Shown here: in pieces, positions 1-8,662 of the stretch | Layout: each line of letters opens with the position of its first letter | Numbering within the stretch: the stretch's first letter is position 1 | DNA from: a virus | Strand: one strand, 5' to 3' | IMG/VR virus record: IMGVR_UViG_3300043015_002491 | Location: 58,510-122,509 of that record | Length of the DNA: 64,000 nucleotides | Notes under the pieces: model-generated | Seen by the model: only the letters and a program-made list of their open reading frames with translations | Told to the model about the DNA's origin: nothing | Databases searched by the model: none | Position numbers and translations under genes: made by a program

Positions 1-111
1 TTCATTTTTAGAAACTATACTCGCTTTCAATGGATTTCCATTGTCATCAACCAAATACACTATTGATTCAGACTCATCTTTTTTAATTACTTTTGTAATA
101 ATTTTCATCAT
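1..111 (-). CDS. Hypothetical protein, partial (runs off window start)
   Basis: ATG at 111 (or 108) opens MMKIITKVIKKDESESIVYLVDDNG..., open to position 1; promoter-like TTTACA-N17-TAGATTTA at 145-175. Confidence 0.6.
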   Translation of the reverse strand, partial: MMKIITKVIKKDESESIVYLVDDNGNPLKASIVSKNE

Positions 112-178
112 TTATCTTTTAAACCTTATTATTTAATTATAACTTAAATCTAACTAAAAAAAATGAAAGTGTAAAGCA

Positions 179-216
179 TAAAAAAGGTTTATATGAAAAA
201 ATCACATAAACCTTTT
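179..216 (-). terminator. Intrinsic terminator downstream of DUF2828 gene/ncRNA
   Basis: Inverted repeat aaaaggtttat...ataaacctttt, with an A-run on + that reads as a U-tail on -. Confidence 0.7.
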
Positions 217-224
217 AATTTTAT

Positions 225-393
225 CGGAATGCGGGAGCGTTTACTTCAGAGCTCTGTAATGAAGGTTGTTTTTTATAGTACACATCCTAAGTTTTTTAGT
301 GTACCAAATAGGTGCTAACAACTTTAAAAACACCACCTTTCAACTGTACTTAATATAAATCTAATTTGTTAAAAAGTTTGCAGTATGCATTCC
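225..393 (-). ncRNA. Candidate structured ncRNA (Y-RNA-like partner of the Ro60-like DUF2828 protein)
   Basis: Relatively GC-rich, no ORF-track entry; closed by GGAAUGC(393-387)/GCAUUCC(232-226); internal hairpins 276-306 and 311-334 extend by G.U pairs only on the minus strand; lies between the stop codon and the terminator. Confidence 0.6.
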
Positions 394-400
394 TTATATT

Positions 401-1852
401 TTAAACACGAATTGCTTCGTATCTTTCTGAACTAATAATATTCATCATCATTCCGTAAGGAGTGATATCATTACCAGCTAATAAGCTTGTTAATAACGCT
501 GGGCTGAAACCAGACACCAACGCAGTACCTTGCTTATCGAATTGTACTGGGTTATTGTCATTTCTTGATTGAATGTTCCAGTATACAACCTTTGGCATTG
601 TGTACCCAGCATCTGCATACATGTTTTCAATCATTCTTTGAGCAGTTGGATTCCAATCAGAATCACCTCTCCAACCATCGCCAGTAGCTTGGTTGAATTC
701 CATATCCGAAAGGATAAGAATCATAGTTGGCATTTCTGACTCAGCAACATTACTAGCTTTTGCTTTTTGAAGCAATACCTTGAATGTCTTTTCTAAGTCT
801 GTACTACCACCCCATTCTGCTCTAGATAGTTGGTTGAATCTGTCTCTTAAATCACCCTTTAAGTATTGTAACTTTGGGTTAGAGTGGAAAGTGAAGAATG
901 CATCCTTGAATGGTCCTTCATTTCTCTCAGAGATATATAAACCTAATGAGATAGCTACATCCATACAGCTGATATTTGCGTTACCGCCAGCTGACACACC
1001 CATTGAGCCAGAAACGTCTACCACTGGTAAAACTCTTTCTTTATTACCTTCCATGTAGTTAGGTAAAGCTTTCCATTGTTCAACAGCACCATCAGCTGAA
1101 CCATATTTCAAGTTCTTAGTAATGTCGTATGGATATACAGCACCAGCATTAATCTTAGTTTCACCCTTTGAAAGTGAATCCAAATATGCTTGGAATCTGC
1201 TACCATCATTCTTAGAGAATGCCTTCATGTAATCAGACATTGCCTTAGATGGTACGTGTTCGTATGTAATCGCACCGAATTCTCTAGCACACATTAATTG
1301 CTCAACAGTGTTAGATAACTCAGAAAGCATCTTTCTATACGCCTTTGGTGTTAACCCTAAGTGTTTTCTTAAGGTACTAGCCCATCTCTTCTTTTCCCTA
1401 TTCTTAGTGTTACCTCTTGGCATCCACTTAGCCGCAAGTCCATTACCATCTTTTAACGCTTTTTCAATTTCGTTAAGAGCTTCTTTCTCTAATTTAGTAC
1501 CAACTAATATTAAATAGTCATCATACCTACCGTACTCAGCAATAAGTCCTATGTTCTTCTTAAGTGCTGAAGTTTTAGTATTAGCAAGATAAGTTAAAAT
1601 ATCTCTGAAAGTACCTCTTTCACCAGCTCCACCTCTAACGTCTCTAGCCCAGAATAAAATCTTCATAGCTGTTAACGAATCTTCAGCGAAAGCTTTAGAA
1701 AATGCATTAATCTTTCTTTGTTTATCTTGCCCTCTTAAAGCACCAATTTGGAAAAATAGGTCTACACAAGAATTAAGTGTAGTTGAATTTGTTGTCATAC
1801 CATTTTCAGTAACAGTATCTTCAGTTCTTAAAGCGTCAATTAAATTTGCCAT
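401..1852 (-). CDS. DUF2828 family protein (Ro60/TROVE-like helical domain + vWA)
   Basis: Motifs TENG, RDVRGGAGER, YGRYDD, KWMPR, VPSKAM, vWA MIDAS DVSGSM...T...SDMEF, YWN, VSGFS. Confidence 0.85.
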   Translation of the reverse strand: MANLIDALRTEDTVTENGMTTNSTTLNSCVDLFFQIGALRGQDKQRKINAFSKAFAEDSLTAMKILFWARDVRGGAGERGTFRDILTYLANTKTSALKKNIGLIAEYGRYDDYLILVGTKLEKEALNEIEKALKDGNGLAAKWMPRGNTKNREKKRWASTLRKHLGLTPKAYRKMLSELSNTVEQLMCAREFGAITYEHVPSKAMSDYMKAFSKNDGSRFQAYLDSLSKGETKINAGAVYPYDITKNLKYGSADGAVEQWKALPNYMEGNKERVLPVVDVSGSMGVSAGGNANISCMDVAISLGLYISERNEGPFKDAFFTFHSNPKLQYLKGDLRDRFNQLSRAEWGGSTDLEKTFKVLLQKAKASNVAESEMPTMILILSDMEFNQATGDGWRGDSDWNPTAQRMIENMYADAGYTMPKVVYWNIQSRNDNNPVQFDKQGTALVSGFSPALLTSLLAGNDITPYGMMMNIISSERYEAIRV

Positions 1853-1892
1853 AGTGTTAAAAATTTGAATTGTTAATTAATTTTAGTGTTCA

Positions 1893-1924
1893 CAAATATA
1901 TAACCTTTTTTTCCTTTTGTCAAC
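1893..1924 (-). promoter_or_regulatory. Bacteroidota-type sigmaA promoter for the DUF2828 gene
   Basis: GTTG(ACA)-N20-TATATTTG on minus strand; matches the -33 TTTG / -7 TAnnTTTG consensus. Confidence 0.75.
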
Positions 1925-1937
1925 TTTTTTTTTAAAA

Positions 1938-2126
1938 TTATTTTAATAAATTTTGTAATTTTACCTGTAACTCATTGAGTTTCTTTTGGTTATTCTCAAT
2001 AATTTTTTGTTCATTATCTGGCATAGTTATGGGGTATTGTGATTTAAGTCTAGAAATCTCCCTTTGAAGTCTATCACCTTCTCTAATGTAATTGTCGTAA
2101 GCTTGCGCTTTTTCTTCTTGTGTCAT
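1938..2126 (-). CDS. Small coiled-coil hypothetical protein
   Basis: 62 aa ORF starting 1 nt after the upstream stop; helical charged composition. Confidence 0.7.
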   Translation of the reverse strand: MTQEEKAQAYDNYIREGDRLQREISRLKSQYPITMPDNEQKIIENNQKKLNELQVKLQNLLK

Positions 2127-2127
2127 A

Positions 2128-2640
2128 TTAATTTATTTTAGTGAACCAAGCCCTAATAGTTGACGTTGTGTTTTGTATATTAGTGAACTCAGCGTTATTT
2201 ATTTGTCCGTCATCAACGAAGTAGTATCCGACATTGGCACTGTAGTGACTTCCACCAAATGGCATGAAGTATTTAAGCGTTAATTCATAATTTGTTGATG
2301 ATGGTAGTAATGATAGCGTGTATGGTCTTTGTGCGTTTTGATTTAATACATAATCATCACCAGTTGTAAATTCTATAGTATCGTTTGGATATTCTGTAGC
2401 AAATGCTGATACCACTTTTGTTAATACCCATCTTGTACCAACTAGTGGGTTTGTTTGGTTACCAGTACCTGGAAGTGTACCACCATGAGTGTATGTATTT
2501 TGCCAATTAGTTGTGTCAACTTCTTCTGGCACTTCTTCTAACGCAATAAATTCTTCTTTTTTACAAGAAGAAAATAAAAGTGCTATTATAACTAATATAA
2601 ATGTAAATATTAAAATTGTCTTTTTTGTTTCTAATTTCAT
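2128..2640 (-). CDS. Lipoprotein with lipocalin-like beta-barrel, likely surface exposed
   Basis: Signal peptide with lipobox LFSS-C followed by KKEE; GxxW motif NPLVGTRWVL. Confidence 0.7.
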   Translation of the reverse strand: MKLETKKTILIFTFILVIIALLFSSCKKEEFIALEEVPEEVDTTNWQNTYTHGGTLPGTGNQTNPLVGTRWVLTKVVSAFATEYPNDTIEFTTGDDYVLNQNAQRPYTLSLLPSSTNYELTLKYFMPFGGSHYSANVGYYFVDDGQINNAEFTNIQNTTSTIRAWFTKIN

Positions 2641-2663
2641 GTCCTTTAATTAATGGTTCTCTA

Positions 2664-2695
2664 CAAATGTAAGAAAGATATTTTAATTATCCAAA
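2664..2695 (-). promoter_or_regulatory. Bacteroidota-type sigmaA promoter
   Basis: TTTG-N20-TACATTTG upstream of the lipoprotein ATG (2640). Confidence 0.7.
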
Positions 2696-2916
2696 TCTTT
2701 TTTAACAAATCTTACAATAATACCACCAATTTCTAATTCAATGACATCCTTATGTTGAAACTCTGTACTTTCTGGATTAGCTTTATAGAATAAATGTTCA
2801 TCCATCTTCTTATGGTCTGTTTCACTCATTTCATATAATAAAACTAACCCTTCTTTATTAATCTCATCGTTATTAATTACTTCTGAAACCGTTTTTATAA
2901 TATCATCATATTTCAT
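2683..2916 (-). CDS. Hypothetical protein
   Basis: 77 aa ORF tightly packed in operon. Confidence 0.7.
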   Translation of the reverse strand: MKYDDIIKTVSEVINNDEINKEGLVLLYEMSETDHKKMDEHLFYKANPESTEFQHKDVIELEIGGIIVRFVKKDLDN

Positions 2917-2917
2917 A

Positions 2918-3232
2918 TTAAAACCTTGTAAAAATATTCTTTAAAAATGTACCTAATTTTTGATACCACTTTTTCTTTATTATAATTATACCGTTTGGGT
3001 TTGATTTAACTTTTTCACCTAAACCACTTTTAATTTCATTAATAAACCTGTTTTTCTTCCTTTCAACATCTTCTTTAATAGCTTTAATATCATTATTAAT
3101 GGAATCAATCGTTTCTACTTTTTCTAAACTTTCTTCCTTTTCTAGACCACTAATAAAAGTTTTATTATGTTCTTTAAATTTTGAAAGGACTGCTTCTAAC
3201 GGTATCTTACCCTCTAATTTTGGTTTACTCAT
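2918..3232 (-). CDS. Hypothetical protein
   Basis: 104 aa ORF overlapping the NUDIX stop (ATGA coupling); amphipathic C-terminus. Confidence 0.7.
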   Translation of the reverse strand: MSKPKLEGKIPLEAVLSKFKEHNKTFISGLEKEESLEKVETIDSINNDIKAIKEDVERKKNRFINEIKSGLGEKVKSNPNGIIIIKKKWYQKLGTFLKNIFTRF

Positions 3233-3663
3233 ATTCTATTTATTTTACCCTTTAACCCTGGAAACAGTGGTTCTGGTAATTCATTTTTATCAAACCAACC
3301 CCAATCCAGATTCTCATGGTCTAATGTAGGTATAAATTCGCTATTTGTCAAGCCTTCGTAATAATGAAACTCTAAATTTTTACTCTTATGGTAGATTTTA
3401 TCTATAAATTTATAAGAAATAATATTTGGGTTTATCTGCATTTCTTCATTAACTTCTCTTTTAAGCCCTTCTAATACATCTTCACCGTCTTCAATACCAC
3501 CACTAACTAATGACCATGTATTAGGTTCATCACCAAAGTCATTTCTAAGTAATAATAGGATTCTACCAGTCGAGTTACACTTAACCAATACTCCAGCCGC
3601 AGTTCTTTTGTTTTCGTTTTCCATTAACATATATCTAACTTTATTTTTAATTAAATCTTTCAT
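3229..3663 (-). CDS. NUDIX hydrolase with N-terminal capsid-targeting-like leader
   Basis: Nudix box GGIEDGEDVLEGLKREVNEEMQI; C-terminal EHxDWGWF-like ENLDWGWF...LPEPLFPG. Confidence 0.9.
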   Translation of the reverse strand: MKDLIKNKVRYMLMENENKRTAAGVLVKCNSTGRILLLLRNDFGDEPNTWSLVSGGIEDGEDVLEGLKREVNEEMQINPNIISYKFIDKIYHKSKNLEFHYYEGLTNSEFIPTLDHENLDWGWFDKNELPEPLFPGLKGKINRI

Positions 3664-3668
3664 ATTAT

Positions 3669-3706
3669 ATAAATATTGACTTATTGGATGATAAACGTTA
3701 TCTTTA
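3669..3706. promoter_or_regulatory. Divergent promoters: ATATTTAT (minus, NUDIX) and TTGACT-N17-TATCTTTA (plus, membrane protein)
   Basis: ataaatat at 3669-3676; ttgact 3676-3681 and tatcttta 3699-3706. Confidence 0.55.
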
Positions 3707-3722
3707 AAGAAAAATTAAAGTT

Positions 3723-4049
3723 ATGGTAAATTTATTTATTTTCGTATTAGTTGCTTATGGGATTAGTAACATTTTAATCTATGGTTCAATCTTTGAAGGT
3801 TGGAGAACCTTACTATCTAAATTAGGGACTGGCGATAAGAGTCTTTATAAACTATTCACTTGCATGATGTGTTTACCTACTTGGGTAGGGTTTGGTTTAT
3901 CTTATTTGTTACAATCACAAGGGATTGATACACCTATGACCACTTATGGTATTGAGAATTTATACTTATCTATATTTTTAGATGGTGTATTAAGTAGTGG
4001 AGCTGTTTATGCGTTTAACGTATTAGTTGAATACTTTGAGGGTGAATAA
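3723..4049 (+). CDS. Membrane protein, DUF1360-like
   Basis: Three hydrophobic segments; LFTCMMCLPTWVG motif (LxxCxxCxxxW). Confidence 0.65.
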   Translation: MVNLFIFVLVAYGISNILIYGSIFEGWRTLLSKLGTGDKSLYKLFTCMMCLPTWVGFGLSYLLQSQGIDTPMTTYGIENLYLSIFLDGVLSSGAVYAFNVLVEYFEGE

Positions 4050-4050
4050 T

Positions 4051-4077
4051 AAAAAAGCCCCAATTAAGGGGCTCTTT
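4051..4077. terminator. Bidirectional intrinsic terminator
   Basis: agcccc-aattaa-ggggct hairpin with flanking A/T runs between convergent genes. Confidence 0.75.
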
Positions 4078-4078
4078 A

Positions 4079-4723
4079 TTAATAACTTCCAATTTTTTCT
4101 TCTTCACATACTGGACAAACTTCATCTGGTCCAGAACAATTACATGTTATATTTGGTACATCGAATTCTTCTAATTCAACCTTACCATTCTTAGGTGGTA
4201 ATTCAATATCTTGACCTTTAACATTAGTGATTTTAATTTCACCATTTACCTTTTCAGTTGTTTTTTTAACTTCTTCTGGGTTAGCTGGTGGTGGTGGTAG
4301 TGTTTCTTCCACATTAACATCATCTTCTAACTCAAAGTTATCCATATCACCTAACGATGGCATAACACCTGGTTTATTAAAAGTAAATTTAAGTTCTTGT
4401 AATTCGTGTAAAGTTTTTTCTTTAAATAATTTTTTAAGTTCTTCTACCTTTTGTTTAAGTAATTCATATTTCTTTTCTCTTTCAATATTAACGCTAATAA
4501 CACCTTCAACATAATCTAATAAGTCGTCAATTGTTACACCTTCCTTTTCAGTGAAGAACATATAGTAATTTTGAGATTCATCAACTAACTCTTTTTTAAT
4601 CACATCACTATTTGGTACCGTCCACCCTTCTTTAAAGACAGCATCAACAATTTGCATACCTTGGATGTATCTAATACCAACAATGTGGGGTTGTAATGAA
4701 TCTAATCTTTCTTGTATTGACAT
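4079..4723 (-). CDS. Hypothetical protein with C-terminal Cys cluster
   Basis: 214 aa; coiled coil, Pro-rich linker, CNC...CPVC possible Zn site. Confidence 0.75.
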   Translation of the reverse strand: MSIQERLDSLQPHIVGIRYIQGMQIVDAVFKEGWTVPNSDVIKKELVDESQNYYMFFTEKEGVTIDDLLDYVEGVISVNIEREKKYELLKQKVEELKKLFKEKTLHELQELKFTFNKPGVMPSLGDMDNFELEDDVNVEETLPPPPANPEEVKKTTEKVNGEIKITNVKGQDIELPPKNGKVELEEFDVPNITCNCSGPDEVCPVCEEEKIGSY

Positions 4724-4738
4724 AAAACAATTTTATTT

Positions 4739-4951
4739 TTAAATATAAATACCAGTTACGATACTCATTAAGATATATGCTATAGACATGCTCAATACCC
4801 ATAACGAAGTATTTTTAACTAAATACTTCTTAGGATTTTCAGTACTTGATTTCACCCAAGCTTGAGTAAAGTAGTACCCATGTCTAATAACGTTTAAACA
4901 TGACATAAATAACAAAATAAGTAAAATTTTATTGAGCATATCTATTAACAT
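4739..4951 (-). CDS. Small two-TM membrane protein
   Basis: 70 aa with two hydrophobic helices. Confidence 0.65.
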   Translation of the reverse strand: MLIDMLNKILLILLFMSCLNVIRHGYYFTQAWVKSSTENPKKYLVKNTSLWVLSMSIAYILMSIVTGIYI

Positions 4952-4961
4952 AATTTTTTAT

Positions 4962-5135
4962 TTAAGCTTTTTTCTTATCAGAAATTTCAAGTCTAAGCTC
5001 TTGAGCTACTTTTTTAATTTCTTGTAACCCTTGTCTAACTCTAGTTCCAGCAGCTTTATTGCTCTTACTATAGAATTTTTCTACATCTTCGTTAAGTCCT
5101 TCTACTAAAGCTTTTAAATTTTCAAATTTTTCCAT
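4962..5135 (-). CDS. Histone H1-like (Hc1-type) small DNA-binding protein; absent from the ORF track
   Basis: Hand translation MEKFENLKALVEGLNEDVEKFYSKSNKAAGTRVRQGLQEIKKVAQELRLEISDKKKA*; KFY..NKAAGTRVR motif typical of Bacteroidota 'histone H1' proteins. Confidence 0.85.
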   Translation of the reverse strand: MEKFENLKALVEGLNEDVEKFYSKSNKAAGTRVRQGLQEIKKVAQELRLEISDKKKA

Positions 5136-5148
5136 TTTAATTTAATTT

Positions 5149-5385
5149 TTAATTATTATTATTGTTATTATTATTTGCGCTAGGTGCGTTAGCACTTGGC
5201 GCTGTATATGAATTCCATTTGGAAATCATAGTTTCAATTTTAACTATTTCAGCCAGTGATTCTTTAATTTCATCAACTAAATACTCAATATTACTTTCAC
5301 TACTATTGATAAGTCTTTGGAGTTTCTCTTCAGCCTTTAATTTATCACTAGCTAACTCAGCTAATATAATTTCAATCATTCTCAT
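5149..5385 (-). CDS. Hypothetical coiled-coil protein
   Basis: 78 aa; promoter-like TTGA...TATATTTA at 5390-5419. Confidence 0.7.
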   Translation of the reverse strand: MRMIEIILAELASDKLKAEEKLQRLINSSESNIEYLVDEIKESLAEIVKIETMISKWNSYTAPSANAPSANNNNNNNN

Positions 5386-5436
5386 GTGGTAAATATAAGG
5401 TATTAAAAATATTAATCAACCCTTAAACACGTTTTT

Positions 5437-5910
5437 TTACCCTTTTTTAAGGGATTCGTCTAAAATTTTGTAGATTTCTATGAAGTTATCCATATCAGAA
5501 CGTGTCTTAAGTTTATTATATGAAAACACTGATATCCATAGGGTTCTAATTGTGATAGGTACATTTCTATTGTCTTTATCATCGAGCATGTAAAATACTT
5601 CCATCATGAATTCTAAAAAATAATCATAAGCTTCTTTAGATTCATTAAAATGTATTTCTTCTTCTTTAAAATTATCGATGTTTTTATTCCAACACCATTT
5701 AAAATGATTTACTTTATCTTCGTCTGATGTGAAATCATCACCCATATAAGTATCAAATATAAGAGTCAATAAAGATTGTACAAAGTCACTAAACAAAAGA
5801 CATTTCTCATATCTAATGTTATTGGCGCTATATAATACTGCCACACTATCTTCACTTAACGGTGTTTTAATATAACTCAAAAATTCCCTAGTTTTATCCT
5901 CTTTTTCCAT
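5437..5910 (-). CDS. Hypothetical protein
   Basis: 157 aa; DTYMGDD...HFKWCW motif. Confidence 0.75.
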   Translation of the reverse strand: MEKEDKTREFLSYIKTPLSEDSVAVLYSANNIRYEKCLLFSDFVQSLLTLIFDTYMGDDFTSDEDKVNHFKWCWNKNIDNFKEEEIHFNESKEAYDYFLEFMMEVFYMLDDKDNRNVPITIRTLWISVFSYNKLKTRSDMDNFIEIYKILDESLKKG

Positions 5911-5948
5911 TTAATCTAAATATATAGAATCAATAGAAAAAATAAATG

Positions 5949-6830
5949 TTATAATGACAATAGCATGTCAATTAAATCTTGTTGTGGAAATAAATCTGTT
6001 TTATCTTTCCTAGTATTGGTGTGGGTCCACATACCCTTCACTTTACCATAATAAGCATCTTCATTAAATTCAAAAGCATCGACACCCTTTTTCTTTATTT
6101 CTGATATTAAACCTTCTCTAACGTCAATACCATCCCTTTCGGCAATAAATAATATTAATTTTCTAGTACTCTCTATCTGTTCATCAGAATATCTATGCCA
6201 TTCTTGATGACCTCTAAATGGTTTATCTAACTTTACTATTTGTTCTGGTACTACACTAGTCCCAGCATAAGTCTTACCATTTGTTACATAACCAAAATTA
6301 CATATTTCAAGCCCTACAGAATGTGTGTGCATATGTTGTGAACCATTCTTACCTAAATGCCACCCATACCCACCTTCTGGAATACATTGTAACATCTTAC
6401 CATCATAATTAAAGTCATCACCCTTTACAGATGGTCCACCTAATACAAACTCAGTAGCTATTGACCCTCTAGAGTCCATACCCCACTGGTCAACACATTT
6501 ATATGGATTGTGCCAGCCAGCTGTATGATGTAAAAATAAATATTCTTTGTTTGTAGGACCTTCTTTATATTCACCCTTTGGTAGAAGATATCTTTCAATT
6601 ATTAATCCATTAGAAGTCTCGTAAAACGCCTCTGTATTGTCTGTGGTAGCTAACCCCATAGCATCCCAAGTTTTAGGACCTACAATACCATCAGCTTTTA
6701 ACCTATTTTGATGTTGCCACCTAATTACCGCTGATTCTGTACCTGGACCGAAATCACCATCAGCTGTTATACCTAAAAACTCTTGTAATTCTTTTACTTC
6801 TTTTCCCTTAGAACCTTTTTTTAATATCAT
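5949..6830 (-). CDS. Endolysin: PG_binding_1 + N-acetylmuramoyl-L-alanine amidase (Amidase_2)
   Basis: LKKGSKG..V.ELQ..L...DGDFGPGT...DGIVGPKTW; catalytic LHHTAG, SVGLEICN, WTHTN..RKDKTD. Confidence 0.9.
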   Translation of the reverse strand: MILKKGSKGKEVKELQEFLGITADGDFGPGTESAVIRWQHQNRLKADGIVGPKTWDAMGLATTDNTEAFYETSNGLIIERYLLPKGEYKEGPTNKEYLFLHHTAGWHNPYKCVDQWGMDSRGSIATEFVLGGPSVKGDDFNYDGKMLQCIPEGGYGWHLGKNGSQHMHTHSVGLEICNFGYVTNGKTYAGTSVVPEQIVKLDKPFRGHQEWHRYSDEQIESTRKLILFIAERDGIDVREGLISEIKKKGVDAFEFNEDAYYGKVKGMWTHTNTRKDKTDLFPQQDLIDMLLSL

Positions 6831-6845
6831 AACTTTTCTTTAGTA

Positions 6846-6853
6846 ATAAATAT
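6846..6853 (-). promoter_or_regulatory. Putative phage late promoter ATATTTAT
   Basis: Recurrent octamer, 15 nt upstream of the endolysin start and just after a terminator. Confidence 0.55.
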
Positions 6854-6860
6854 TATACTA

Positions 6861-6894
6861 AATAAAAAAACCCTCACAATGGAGGGTTTTTATT
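6861..6894 (-). terminator. Intrinsic terminator
   Basis: aaaaccctc-acaatg-gagggtttt hairpin with A/T tails. Confidence 0.8.
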
Positions 6895-6913
6895 TTAAAG
6901 TTTTAAGTTTGTA

Positions 6914-8662
6914 TTATCTATTAACTCTCATTACCATGTTTAATGGAATGTCATATCCTTGTGGGTCAATAACTGGTTCCATTTCACCATCTTCACCTGG
7001 TACATACTCGATTTCTAACCAATCACTAGTTTGTGGATTATCAGAACCGTAAGCGTCTCTAACTTTAGCAGCATCACCATCGTCAGATAACATCACTTCG
7101 TAACCACCAGCATTACTTATTGTATACGTTCCGTGTGGGATGAATTCTTCATCTTCTTCAAACACGCCTCTACCCTTAAGAATATCAGCTTGCGTTACTT
7201 TACCATCACGTGTTAAGTCTGGGAAATCTTTACCTTCTTCTTCTGAATATAAGTCTTCAAAGATTTCATCGAATCTATCACCTTCTTTTCTAATACTTAT
7301 TTTGTTTAATGAATTCATAGTACCCTCAAATCCTGGTATGTCATATCTAGATGGTTCTTCACCCATTCTAACTTTAAGTTCATTCTGTAATTGTAGAATG
7401 TCAGCTTCAAGCTCATTAACCATTCTTGAATTACCTTCTTTTTTATAATATTCTAAAGCGTCTGAAAGAACTTTTATTTGTACAGATAATTCAGCATCTG
7501 TACCATCTGTATTTACATTTTCGTTTATCTCAGCAGCTTCAGAGTCCGCAGACTTATCATTCATAAGTTGTCTAGCAATTTGCTTTTGTAAAACTTCGTT
7601 ATCACCAACAATAGCTTTAACATAAGCAGCTGCCGCCTCTATTTTTTCTGGTTTAGTATTAATTTTAGACGCTAATGTTTTAATTTTACTCATATCACCC
7701 ATAGTGTTGAATAAATTTTCAACATCTTTATTTTCAAATTCATCTAATTTTTCGTCAGATTCTTCTCTTTCCATTTCAGCGATTTTGTCGTGACCTTCAA
7801 GATTACCTTCGTTTTTGAATCCCGTACCAAATGCTTCATTAATATCTTTCTTTTTGTTTTTTAATTTTTTAAATACCTTATAAGCAACAACAGATAAAAT
7901 ACCACCAGCTAAAGCACCTAATGCTTGTATTAACATTGGGTTGTGTGCATGCATCATTTGTTCAATCGTTCCAATATTAGTAGCTATTTTACCTAAAACC
8001 ATTGGGTTTGGTACTAGCTTATCAGCTAATACGCCACCACCAACCATTGCACCTATGACTCCACCTATTTTACCACCCATGTCACCATCAGAAGATTCAG
8101 TCACACTTGAAGCTTTTTTCATTCCGAAATCCATAGCTTTTTCGATGAATTCATTACCGATTGTTGGTAATCCCTCATTTTCATTAGTCTTACCCATTGC
8201 AACAAATTGCTGTAAAGCCTCAATCGCTTGTGGGTTATTTAATATTTCATTAGAAATTTTTTCAATGTTTGGGTCATTGATTAATTTAGGTAATTCTTTT
8301 TTAATCTCACTTGATATTTCATCAGAACTAGGTCCAGCTTCTTCATTTAATAACCTCTTAGTCTTATTCCAAACATCAGTAAACGACTTATTCTCGTTAA
8401 GTCTTTGTTCACCCTTTAAATTACCAAGAGTATCTTGAGATTTGAAACCCATAAGGTGTTTCATCTTTTTCATATCCTCACTAATAAGGTTTTTATTCTC
8501 AGCTCTTAATACAGTTGCTTCATTGATATCCCATCTAACATCGTATGTCTCAGTACCATCAGTTATTTGGAATTCCTTACCATCTACTTTGTAAGATTCT
8601 GGAATTAATTTTAATGCATTATCCATTCCGTTGAATGGTTTTTTAAATGTAAGTCTTTTCAT
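6914..8662 (-). CDS. Putative internal head/ejection protein (acidic, multi-module)
   Basis: N-terminal domain duplicated in upstream gene; many L/I-x-E sites; Gly-rich hydrophobic hairpin; FPDLTRDGKVTQADIL motif. Confidence 0.6.
   Translation of the reverse strand: MKRLTFKKPFNGMDNALKLIPESYKVDGKEFQITDGTETYDVRWDINEATVLRAENKNLISEDMKKMKHLMGFKSQDTLGNLKGEQRLNENKSFTDVWNKTKRLLNEEAGPSSDEISSEIKKELPKLINDPNIEKISNEILNNPQAIEALQQFVAMGKTNENEGLPTIGNEFIEKAMDFGMKKASSVTESSDGDMGGKIGGVIGAMVGGGVLADKLVPNPMVLGKIATNIGTIEQMMHAHNPMLIQALGALAGGILSVVAYKVFKKLKNKKKDINEAFGTGFKNEGNLEGHDKIAEMEREESDEKLDEFENKDVENLFNTMGDMSKIKTLASKINTKPEKIEAAAAYVKAIVGDNEVLQKQIARQLMNDKSADSEAAEINENVNTDGTDAELSVQIKVLSDALEYYKKEGNSRMVNELEADILQLQNELKVRMGEEPSRYDIPGFEGTMNSLNKISIRKEGDRFDEIFEDLYSEEEGKDFPDLTRDGKVTQADILKGRGVFEEDEEFIPHGTYTISNAGGYEVMLSDDGDAAKVRDAYGSDNPQTSDWLEIEYVPGEDGEMEPVIDPQGYDIPLNMVMRVNR

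Noticed and set aside
225..393. tRNA or tmRNA identity for the ncRNA candidate
   Set aside because: No GTTCRA T-loop, cloverleaf or CCA end recognisable; too short for tmRNA
5149..5200. Poly-Asn (AAT)n tail and short APSAN duplication
   Set aside because: Simple low-complexity slippage in AT-rich DNA; no evidence of function
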